In this document: piece after piece, positions 1 through 11,520 of the stretch
How the letters are laid out: every line of letters starts with the position of its first letter
Position numbering within the stretch: position 1 is the stretch's first letter
From: Dicyema japonicum
Taxonomy: Eukaryota > Animalia > Dicyemida
Assembly: GCA_011109175.1 (NCBI GenBank)
Contig: RDEW01000045.1
Span: forward strand, 239,417 to 303,416
Direction: 5' to 3'
DNA length: 64,000 nucleotides
Made by a program: the position numbers and the translations under genes
Notes under the pieces: model-generated
Database searches by the model: none
What the model saw: the letters and a program-made list of their open reading frames with translations, nothing else
Told to the model about the DNA's origin: nothing

Positions 1-690
1 GCGTTGGAATTGTGGAGTTCACCGAACCGACGCCTCTGGAGGCCGTTATGAGACTAGACTCCTGATTACGGAAATGCGGCCCCGAAAAATCAGTCTGTCC
101 TGTACGTTTATGTGCGGGCACGGGGAAAAGATGAGGTAGCTGTTAGAATGCATCCGGATCATGTAATAATTAGTTTGGTTTTTATTCATATTCGCTGGGG
201 TCTTCTGGATGAGGGCCCGTGTGACATTCAATTTCTGTAGTCCTTTTGTGAGGACTAAGAAAGCAGTAGGAAGTTCTTGTCAATGTCTGCTGCCAGGTAG
301 TGAGGAAATGGTTAAATAGAGTGGATGACAAAGGCGAACCTTGGGCACTACGTTCGGTAGTAAACGTGATCGTGGTCTAAGGTGGCCCACAGATGACCCT
401 CCCACGTCTTCCAGATAAAAAATTGGCCAACCATAGCTTCAAGTTAGGGTGAATTTTTGAATCAAGATTTTTCCAATTAAATGTTTCATCGGTTCCGAGT
501 CAAACGCCTTGTTGATGTCAATCGAGACCATTGTTGTCATATGTTTGGGTGGTGTTGAAACCATCCGCAATGAACTGCGAAAGCGTTGATAAGAAAGTCG
601 TGGTTGATCCTCTAGAACGGAATGCGTGTTGGAAATTCGGTTGAGTAAGGGAAGGAGTTGTTTGGTTTAAAAAACTAGAATAACAAGTAC
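1..690 (-). mobile_element. Jockey/I-like LINE RT remnant
   Basis: Positions 230-520 align by eye with the RT-coding LINE copy at 39700-40260; degenerate RT motifs on the minus strand. Confidence 0.75.
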
Positions 691-1046
691 GTTTTAATTT
701 AAATCAAAAAAATTATGACGATATTTTTAAATGACAAAGTTTTCAGAGTATCCCTTTGGACCTAAGGTCAGATAAATCTATACTTCCGAAGATGCGGGAA
801 AAATACCCCTTCAAAACCAAATGTAATATAGAGACAGACGAGAGTGATTCGTATTTTAATGAATGTTGTGATTAAATCACTATTATTATTGTCAGCATTG
901 GATAATCCTCTGGCAGAGCCGAGGGGGCTTTTAATGCTCGCAAAAAATGCAACTAGACTAGCAAGCACGTTTTATTTATTTATTATTTATTTTATTTTTG
1001 ATATTAAAAAATATTAATATAATAATTTAGTATCTAGGAAACAGAA

Positions 1047-4000
1047 ATGCATTCATATTTGTTTAAAAAAGTAATAAAAATATATAGCAAAGTACGTATC
1101 CCCCAATAATGAAAGAATTATGTTTGTGTGGAATAAATGTTCTGGTTATTTAGCAATGTGGTGGTGAGGAGGGACTATTAAAAGTATTTCAAATTGATAT
1201 GCAAGGTTTATATTATTACTGTTTGATAGGTTTGAATGATAGGAAACAATTATATTTCCTGAATGTTAATAGAATTCATGAAAGTAGTTATGTAATAATT
1301 AATTAGCAAATATTACTTGTCTCGCATGGTCAGAGAAAACAAAAAAGTTATCCTCAGCTGATGAAAGTGGTATTATTATTATTTGGAGACATTTTGGGGG
1401 TTTAAATTGATGATGACAATAGACTCAATGAAGGAAGAACTAATAAATGATAATAATTTACATAAAATTATTGATATGAAGTGGGATAATTCTGGTAAAC
1501 AAATATGTATAATATATTCTAATGGTATTGATTATCGATTATATAGGGAATATTAATGTGATCACGAATGAGGGTGCCTTAGTTTGGAGTAACGAACAAT
1601 ATAGCAATATTATATCACTACAAGTTGTTATTATAATTTATCAAAGTGGTTCCCAAATTGTGATTCCATTTTGATTGGAAGGAAATCCCAAATTATTATT
1701 TTAGACAAGCGTGGTAATAAAATAGTAATAAATTTAATAAACTAAGGGGAATATTGCAAATGACTCTGAAATATCCTCAATTGTTTGGTATAATGGAGAG
1801 AATGGATGGAGATTTAATATGTGTCCAACATTGGCTATTTGTCTAGAAGATGGAATTTGTAAATTAATGAGGGATGTGAATGACACAGGTTATATGCTTA
1901 ATCTCAGTTAGAATTTATTACAATTAAAACTGAAATGTCAATTTTATGTGCGAAATGGAATAGAGACGGATCAGTTATAGCAATTGGGGGAACTTTCTTG
2001 AATATTAATAAGATTGTCAATATTATCAATTTTTATTCTTTAAATGGGAAAGTAATGTGAATTTGTAGTCATTAGCATTTAAACTCAATCAAATTAAGAG
2101 ATGGTAATTTTAGTTCATAGAGTGGAACAACTCAATGATTGCAGCTTCCATTGACAATGAAATATCATTTATTTCCACCAAACATGATCACAATGTAATT
2201 TTATATTTTATTTAATAGTGGAGTCAATGTTCTGATTCTATGATATATGCTTATCCTCTTCCTTACTCTTCATCCTTCGTTGTTAGATTTTGGAACAAAA
2301 AATTTGTATATTTAATGTGATAATAAGATTGTTAAAAAACTGGTTAATAATTTAGAGTTTTTGGAGGGATGTCACCAGAATTGTTGTATTATTGTCAAAA
2401 ATGAAATTGATGTAAGCTAATACTAATATAAAAGCATTTAGTTACAATATATAATTCTATTGGCAATCCTATTGATTCTCGTACAATAAACATTTCTCCC
2501 TGTTTTTGTCAAATCAATAAAACTCACCTTGTGATTGGTTCAACAAATTTATTATATATTTGGGAATATCACAAATCGAGTGACAAAATATTAGAAATGA
2601 ATAAAGTTATGATTACTATAATATTAGTCAAATGAAATATCATCAATTTGTTTGTTCGATGACCTTTGCATTGTGACTATTGGTTTATATTATAGGGATG
2701 GACAAATGGAGATATTATAATTTACAAAATGCCAGCTGTTTCACTATTAAACAAATTCAATATATGTGGAATTCCTACTACATTACAATTTAACATAAAT
2801 TCAGAGTTATGATTAAATTAACATTTAGCAAAGTATCAATTATTGATTCTTGTGGAATTTTGGCAATAATAAACATCAAGGAGACAACAAAAATGGAAAA
2901 TATAAGAAGGGATGTGAGGGATTTAAAATGGGCAGAGGTATAACGTTTTACTGAATTAAGGATAACCCAAATTTGATGGCAGTAATGGAAAAGTCAAAAT
3001 TATATATTCTTAAAGACGGAGAGCCACAAGTTGATAAATATTAATTTCAGGAGGTTTTGACTGTGTGGACTATATTTATTCGTTCAGTGACTTACGCGTG
3101 AGAACCATAAATATCGATAATTGTCAGTAATGCCGGATTACCAAATGAAGTTTATATTTAATATTTATGAATTAATAAAAGTAAATAATATTAATAATTC
3201 AAGTCAATAAGAATTGTAAAGTGTTTGATAGAATGTAGTGATTTTGAAGGGGCAAAGAGGTATATAATGGATAATTCGCACAAATATTTATGGTATATTG
3301 ATGTGTTATTAAAGGGATATTCTTGGTGAAGCATCTTTAATTAATTTAAACTTAGACATTGGAGAATTGTCATATACAGTTTGTCAAAACTATCCATATA
3401 TTCAGTTTATCAAAAGTCTTAGGAATATCAATGTTATTATTCTCATTAATTTAGGATAATCACATCAAATTAGCCAAGGTTATGACTTTGTTCAAGAATT
3501 ATAAAAAGGCACAGAATATTTACTTGTCAATAAATAGAAAAGATTTGTTAATCCAATTGTTGAGAAAAACTGGTAATTATTTTCAAGTAAATAAATTATT
3601 GGAAAATGATAACCCAGAAATCATAATAAATAATAATTTTATTGGAAACTATTATGCTGACTTTAACAAATGGAAGGAAGCATTAACTTACCTATCAGAT
3701 GATCCTAGAATTATTGACTGCTGTTATGCAATTGAGGACTATGAGGCTCTCAAAAGACATGTTCATCATCTTCCTCAGACCTTTATTTACAAAATAGCTC
3801 ATATTTTTAAAAAGTCAGGAATGTATTTCGAGTCCATTGAAACATACCAAAAATTACAAAATTACGACAAAGCCATTGATGTCTGCATACAAGGAAACTA
3901 TTGGGACATGCCTTGAGTACTAATTTAATTTCTCAAAATATTGACAATCTCGTTAATTCTGGTCAACTGTTTGAGGCCATCACTTTATGTAAAGAAGCTG

Positions 4001-4672
4001 GTAATTATATTGATGCTTGTAAATTTGTTATTGAATTTGCTGATAAATACAAATGCCATTCTTTGGTTACAAAAAAGAAATTATATGTTTTGGGTGGATT
4101 ACTCTTTGAGCAACAACATAATAATATTGATAATCCATGGAAAGGGGCAGAAGCATATCACTTTTTAATATTAACCAATCATTTCATTAGACAACGTTTG
4201 TTTTATGATTATTACAGGTAATTATGAAAATGCTTTTTGGTGCTCATATAGATTGCTGAATTATCAGAATATATTAAAGTCACATAATATTCATGCTTTG
4301 ATAGGTTTTATTGTTTTATTATTTATAGCTCTTTCTGCCCTCTTTACTAATCGATTTAAGATATCTTCCAAACAATTCATATCTCTGGAACAATTGGGAG
4401 TTGAGTACAAACACCTATCTTTCAAAATATTCTCATCGTTTTGATATTTTAATATTATTAGTGAAAAGGGAAAGATAATACTCAATTCTGACACAACTGA
4501 TTTGTATTTTATTATTTTACTATACAGAAATGAAGACTTGACTAAACCAGTTTGTTATTCAACAGGAAAGCCAATTAATATTCAATCATCTTGGCAATGT
4601 AATGTTTGTAAACATTTTGCCAACCAAATTAAAAGATTTTGTCCTCTCTGTCATCACAAAATTGATCTTTGA
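1047..4672 (+). CDS. WDR35: WD repeat protein 35 / IFT121 (IFT-A complex), 25 exons, about six 1-nt indels
   Basis: Spliced translation gives MHSYLFKK, GGEEGLLKV, RRDVRDLKWAEDNPNLMAVMEK, KKKLYVLGGLL, NPWKGAEAYHFLIL and C-terminal CNVCKH...FCPLCH, all matching recalled WDR35 motifs. 24 GT-AG introns of 21-24 nt (e.g. 1206-1229, 1284-1306, 2938-2960, 4504-4527). Confidence 0.93.
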
Positions 4673-4749
4673 AATTGTCTTTTAATAAAATGCCTTGGTA
4701 CTTTTATAAGACATCATTGAATTTGAAATTAAGTTTAAATATGAGGGAC

Positions 4750-7700
4750 ACCGGAAATAACTTCAGTAACACCTCGAATGACCTTAACTCTTTGCTAGGA
4801 TCTCTTCAATAAATAATCCACAGTAGGTTGGACACACAAAAGCAAATCACAGTCCTTCATACGGAAGTTCTCATTCTAAATTCACTTTCACTAATCTCAG
4901 TAATTTATACTGGTTTTCGTTTAACTTAAGACCTCACCGGAGAGCAAACTTTATCTCCTTGTCTTTTCAGCATCAAAATAATTCCCACTTCAGAGAGGAT
5001 AACCAAATCTCTAATCCATATAAGAGTAATGTCTGAACGGTTCTTAGAAAGACAGAGAAAAATTTCCCATCGAATCTTGAGCTGCAATAAAGCCATGAAA
5101 ATATTGAAAGAAGAGTGCTAATGAGGGAAATCTATTTAAGACATTCTTTTCCAAACTTAATAGACAATTTTCTTACACAGTGAAGCTTTTATCCAATCCT
5201 GCAGACAACCTGGAGAATTTGGTCGCCAAAACTGTTTCACTAGAACCTCATGTTGCCAAAATTCTGCAAATATGTCACATGGGCGGCGAGTAACGCATGG
5301 GCAGCCTGTTACATTTTTTACGCCTTGAAAAGGTCTTTTGATTATTTGACATTTAATTTTGTATATCCGATTTATATCGTGATTTAATCCTGTTAAATTA
5401 GTTTTTTATTCATAAATGTTATGATTATAAAGATTTTATTTTTTATAGCGGTAAACCTAGATTTCTAGCGTGATTTATAGCATGGAAGATTATTTTGTTG
5501 CAATGGCTTCTTACAAGGGTTTTGTGAAAGATTGCGTTGAATATCAAACTTTAAAAGATGCTTTGCATGATAAATTTCCCGAAAATCTTCCGAGGCACCG
5601 AAAATATAGGCTTTTAAAGAAGAAGAGAATTTTTCCATTATCAATGACAGGTATTGTAAATTTTCAATAATTTTAGACTGTATCTTAAATCAACTGATCT
5701 CAAGTTAGTCATATCCCTGGATAATGAAACCGAAATGGAGCATGTTGCGAAATCGTTGCACGAGTTTTCACACGGAGGAGTAAATAAAATTAAGTATGAA
5801 TGTCGACAAAGATACTTCACTGTAAAAAATGAGATTATCAGAAAAGTCATTCGAAATTGTGAAGTCTGCAAATTTTCGCGTCCTTTAAAAGTTCGTGATT
5901 TTTTATAATTGTAGATTGGAGATATAAATCACCATGTGTTTGCTTCTCCAAATGAACGTTTTCAGGTAGATCTAATAGACCTGAAAAAATTTTCAACATT
6001 AAATAAAAATTTCAAATGGATTTTAACGGTCATTGACATATATAGTAGGTTGGTTTTTTTTAATTTATAGATTCGCTTTTGTACGACCACTCTATAATAA
6101 GTCTGGTAAAGAAGTATGTGAAAACTTAAGATCTTTGTTCCGCCTGAATGTGCCATGTAAATTTCTTCAGTCGGACAATGGTTCTGAATTTAAAAATCAA
6201 GAAATAACAAAACTTTGCGAAGATTTTAACATTAAGCAAATTCACTGAAGGCCTAACAATCCACGAGCACAAGGAATTGTCGAAAGATTTAATCAGACGA
6301 TTACGAGGAAGTTGTCAAAAATGCTGGATAACAGTGAAAAAAAGTGGCTTGATAAATTAGAAAGTGCTGTCTACAGTTATAACATATCGGTCCATTCATT
6401 TTCCAACGAAAGTCCTTTCGAAAGATATCGAGGAATTAAGGGAATAAATTCAATAATTCATGGTTATACTTAACATTATGACTTAGATAATTTAAGTGAT
6501 GAGTGTGCGATTCCAGAACAAATTGACGATTTGGTTAATTGTTTGACTCCAGAAAATATTGTAAATTCACGTAATTTGATTTAAAAAATTTATATTTAGA
6601 TAATTCCCAGTCAGATAATTTGTGTCCGAATGCGAACAGATTCAATTCGAAATTAAATCGATTGAAGAAAATTCAATTATTACAAAGCTATGAACAGGAA
6701 AATAAATGTTCATAATAGTAAATATACTTTCAACATGGGAGATAAAGTATGAATTAAAAACATTAATAAATAGGTTCGGGCTAAAAAGAACTTTGGAACA
6801 AATCCCACGTTGCGACTGGATAAGTTTGAGTCTCAGTATTATCCAGTTGCAGAAATAATTAATATTTTATCGAATAATCGCGTGGAGGTAGTTTTAAATA
6901 GTTTAATTTGATAGATAAAAAATTCGAAAGGAGAAATATCGACTGTATTAATGAGTAGACTTTTTTTGTGGTTAATAAATCATTTATAAAATCAATTGAA
7001 GTTAATCTTGGTTCAAGGTTAATGTAACAGGCATAGGTATCGCTTGCCCATGTGACAAAATATTAAAAGGCAAATGGTCAAGGATGATATTTGAGATGCC
7101 TAAATCCGTCTTTTTAGATTTTCATTTTAGCGGCAGGACTGATCTGAAGAACGGAAATCTTAGACAAGTCATCAAGAACCCCTGAAAGTACTAAAATTTC
7201 AATCGAACTAAGTTTGGCGTTCTTTCCGTCTTTCAAGGCCAAGAATCAAAAACTAGATTTACTCTGTAGAAAATTATAGCGGGAGATATTCGAGGCTTGC
7301 TATGGAGCTTTATAGTAATGACAAGATGCCTCCCATATTTCAGAGACACTCAAAGAAACCTACCCTAAACACCTAACAGGCCCAGAAGCATAATAAAAAT
7401 AGACAGACGTATCTCCAACCATGATTAACATGCGATCAATTATTTCATCTTTTCTACAACCAGCTATATTGGTGAACATCTTATCAAATCTATGAAGGTT
7501 CTCACCGAACAAATCCCACGAACCATTGATGTTTTCAGAAAACTTGTGGTAAAATCCAGTTAATTGGAAAAGTATTCATATGCCTATCTGACAAAGCTGC
7601 TTGTGACTTCATAAGTTCTGAGCTGGATGTAGGGATTCCGCGAGTATACAAGATCGTTATTCATTCGCTTCTTAGAATCATAATCATCCCACATAACACC

Positions 7701-7850
7701 TTGTGTAAATTTAATTTGAACTTTGGGATTTTCCCGACCTCCGCCTTGTCTGCCGCGTCTCTAGGTGAATGTGTCACCGTCAGCGATCTTGTCCCAGAAA
7801 AAAATGTCCATGTTCCAAACAAGTGATTTTCTGTGAGAGTATGTAAATAA
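4750..7850 (-). other. Degenerate, probably LINE-derived sequence (4750-5272 and 7058-7850) split by the Ginger insertion
   Basis: The two flanks join across the AAATA target duplication; only stop-riddled frames remain and the family is unresolved. Confidence 0.3.
5273..7057 (+). mobile_element. Ginger-like DNA transposon (Gypsy-type integrase) with six miniature introns, degenerate
   Basis: Inverted ends TGTCACATGGGC...GCCCATGTGACA; AAATA on both flanks (5268-5272, 7058-7062); HHCC finger (LHEFSHGG...CEVC); DDE motifs QVDLID, LQSDNGSEF and GIVERFNQT; premature TGA near 6246. Confidence 0.85.
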
Positions 7851-7859
7851 TGATTTTTT

Positions 7860-8010
7860 CATATGGCCTCTTCCCATCGAATCTGTTTCCATATGGCCTC
7901 TTCCCAAGCCTAAGAGTTCCAGTTGAGCTGAGAACCTTGCAAATCTGAGGTCCCGTATAACAACGTCATTAAGAGCTGCGTGACGTGAGGCACGTTCTGC
8001 GCTCAGTCAG
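7860..8010 (-). mobile_element. CRE-like endonuclease-region fragment
   Basis: Minus frame RHAALNDVVIRDLRFARFSAQLE matches RHKAINEVVKRALELAG of the CRE copy at about 62550-62620. Confidence 0.55.
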
Positions 8011-8199
8011 CAAGACTTTACTTATTTTTCAAAAAATTGATAGTTAAAAAAAATTTAAGCATTGAATAGGTCATCAATTTATTTATATGCATCAAGTCTA
8101 GACAGCATCTTATCCTAGAACGGAATTTATTTCTATCAATGATTTTCCATTTGATGTGGAATCGTCACTATCTTTTATGTAGTATTAACTCAACTAGCA

Positions 8200-9400
8200 A
8201 TGTTTTTTTACAGGGCAGCATGAACCACCTGAAATTAGTGGTGGACCACAATGGCCTTTACCTGACCGTCTACTACCTCTGAGGGAAGTGATCTCCAGTG
8301 TTTATAACAATGAAAGTGCCAGTGGACGAGAGGTTGTCGGTTGTTCCAAAGCAAAATTCCCGAGGATTCTTCGTGCTGCTAGCAATTGATTGCCGACACT
8401 TTTGATGAGAGGTTTTCAACAAGCAAGAGCATTTCAAATCTCAACAAATTACTTATGAAAGGGATTCCTAAGAAAAATAGTGTTGAATTTGGGATGTTTC
8501 CTAGAAAGGAAATTGATAGTTCTACAAAATAAATATGGAATGTGCATGGAGGAGTTGAAGATTCAAATCAAAATTATTCGCATGATTCCACAGGATGCGA
8601 GGCTCCGAACCAGATAATTCCTTTCAGGCTGGTCAAAACGGATGTGTTTACTGCATTGAATGCAGCTATTGCAAATTACATGGCTATTCAACCGCCTATG
8701 GATCTAATTGAAATGACGGATCTTATCTACGCAGGACACTGGCATATGACGTTCTAACATGGAAGTTACCTACATAAAGTAAATGGAAGGAAAATACTGA
8801 AAAAATAGCCATACTTAAAGAAAATCTGTTGCTCCTTAATGGTTTGAAGGTAAATTTAGTAAGGAGGATAAAAAGAGAATGTTAAATACTTCTATGGTTT
8901 ATTTACTTCTTATGGATATAAGAAATCACGATGGGGAGAATTTATCAGAGTAGTTGCAGTCACTATAACAAAATTAGAGTACTGGAAAAAAGACTCACAA
9001 TTCATCAATCGAAAAGAGCATTCAGGAAAGATAATTATGGTTTCAATTTAACAGAATGAGATTTTATCGAAGTCTTATCGATGATGCTCATCGTAGTGTG
9101 TGTGGATAGGAAAAGATGAGTGTTTATCTTTTTGGGTAACTATGTGGGAGAAAGTTTAAAGTCAAAAATCTTTTAACGTTGTCGGAAAATGTATACTGGG
9201 TGGATGAGTCTTCACTGGATATACACGTGAACATAATTGAATGTTCACCAAAATGGAAATAATCTGTGTGCGATGTTCTATTGTTTTTTGCCAATAAATT
9301 TGGGCCCTTCACGATATTTTGTGTGATGAGCTATTGAAAATTGTGAGTAAAGGATACACACTGGACAAGTGGTTTTCCATCTGAGTAACCTATCTAATTA
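8200..9400 (+). mobile_element. R4/NeSL-like non-LTR element, 5' part, degenerate
   Basis: IPFRLVKTDVFTALNAAIANY...EMTDLIYA is homologous to IPYKLLKKDVLITLNAVISNY...EITDIIYA at 57868-58119. Confidence 0.65.
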
Positions 9401-11520
9401 TTTAAAAATAACCAGATGATTGAGTTGACAATTGTGTTTTTAAAACAACAGTTAAAAATCAGCATATGAAGTTTTTTGGAGGTAGAGTTGTCATTTGGAA
9501 CTGTTCTTCCTATTCTACTGGGCAATCTTGTATTCCCTTTCATCTATATTCATCTGTGTCTAAATACTACTCAAATGACCTTCGCGTTGGTATGAATGGT
9601 GATATTTCTAGGATAGGCTAATCAAACTTGTTATTTTCACTATTGGCCATCTCAAACATTGGTTCTGGAATATAAAAACTTAATCCAATGTCTTCTATAT
9701 AATATATATTATTTTGGAAGTTTAAAACTGAATTATCTACATACTATTATATTGTTTCTGAATAAATAAACCCATGAAGACTGCGAGTAAAGCATTGAAT
9801 GAAAAATTTAATCAGATGTAGTTATTTTAATTGTTCTCTTTATTATATGGCTTAGTATACGATTTTTTACTCTCGACCAAAATTACCCTCTTCCTCTAAG
9901 ATGCTTTCCAAAAATAATTTCACTATAGTTAATATTATTTATGTACATTGATAATTTATGGTTTGACATATATTGTTTACTGTAGACTTGGATGAACAAC
10001 TACTATTCAAAGAAATTTACATAAATTTTTTATCTCTTATCCTAACAAATGTCAAGTTAAATCAATTAATAATATTCATAGTTATTATTAAATTTGTCAA
10101 AAAAAATAAAAATGCCATAACTCCATCAATCAAAAAAATCGAAAAATAAGGGCTTTGAATTTCAGAATAGGTTAGAAAAAAACATTAATAAAATTCTGAA
10201 ATAACCCGTAGCTTGACACTTGTCCAGTACTCACTACCAAACAAACTATTTGTTAGTTGCTTGAGAAGAGAGAAGTTGGGTCTAACCACTACATGTGTAG
10301 TCGGTTTTCTTTACGAGCAGATAACCTACGTGCAAACCAATAAAATTTTTCAAATGTTAATGTAAAAATAATTTTCATTGTAATGAATTTAAACCCCAGA
10401 ACTTTGAAATACATAAACAAACACAAGTAAAATTAAATTCACAATATTTTTCAATTCGAAATATGTATGTCAAAATATTTTCTAGTAAATAATGTTGAAA
10501 TTTCTTTAAATAAATTGAATTCTATTAATTCTTTCGTGCATTTAAAGAGTAAATTAGATATAATGGTGCTGATAAAAAAGATTTACAGTTTCAACGACTA
10601 AATATGAGTCTACCCACTAAATGTTACAAATCATTGTTCTACACATGGGAATATTTAATGATTAGGCTTTTTTGGCGTAAACATTATTAGTTGATTCCTC
10701 TATTGTACATACAGTTTGAATATATAATTAAATTTTATTATCTGTATTCTGTTCTGTATAAATTACAGTTAATCTTGTATATATTTTAAATTATTATTGC
10801 GGGACAAGCTTAACGGCAGCAAATGCATAATAAAATCGAAGATAAACACAAGATGCCGAGATTCGTTTTTTATGCTTTGCATCTTCCACTGAGTGAACAT
10901 TAGTTTTCGTTATTTAAAACTTCAAGTGGGAGAAACAGTTTAGTAATTGATTTTATGTACAAATCTTCAGTTTTATGACAAAAATATGAAAATTTGGTTC
11001 TTTCTATGAATTATTTGATTTTTCCAAAATAGTCCGCAAAATTTTTACTTGCATAAAATCAAAACAATTCTCGAATATTTGAGTAAATTATAATTTTTTA
11101 TTTTCGTCAAAATATTTATTGGAAAATAATTTTGAAGAAATTTTCTACAAATATTCAAGAATTTAAATAAATTGACTATTCATGCACATTCCAACACTTA
11201 AATATAGAAAAAACACGTGCATGAATAATTATAACTCCTTCAAAAAAAACAATTGTAGTATTGATTAGTTTAAAGTTTAACTTCAAATTCAGCATTCGAG
11301 TATTCATGTTATATAAAATAAGGATTTTTAAACTTGAACTACTACAGCATAATAATATGGATGTGAATGTAGACTTGCACGTGCAGAATTCTCTACTAGC
11401 CAGTGCAGATCACAATTAAAAAAATTGAATTAGAACATTGATGTGCCAATTGACAAGAAGTGTGTTTAATAATCTGTTTTGATATCAATTCGTTATTTAT
11501 AGTAATTTGATATCATAATT

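Noticed and set aside
768-968. ORF upstream of WDR35 and most other short ORFs in the track
   Set aside because: No recognisable motifs; most are antisense or off-frame shadows of TE ORFs or of spliced exons.
1047-4672. Programmed ribosomal frameshifting
   Set aside because: Shifts occur in both directions with no shared slippery motif, mostly in homopolymers.
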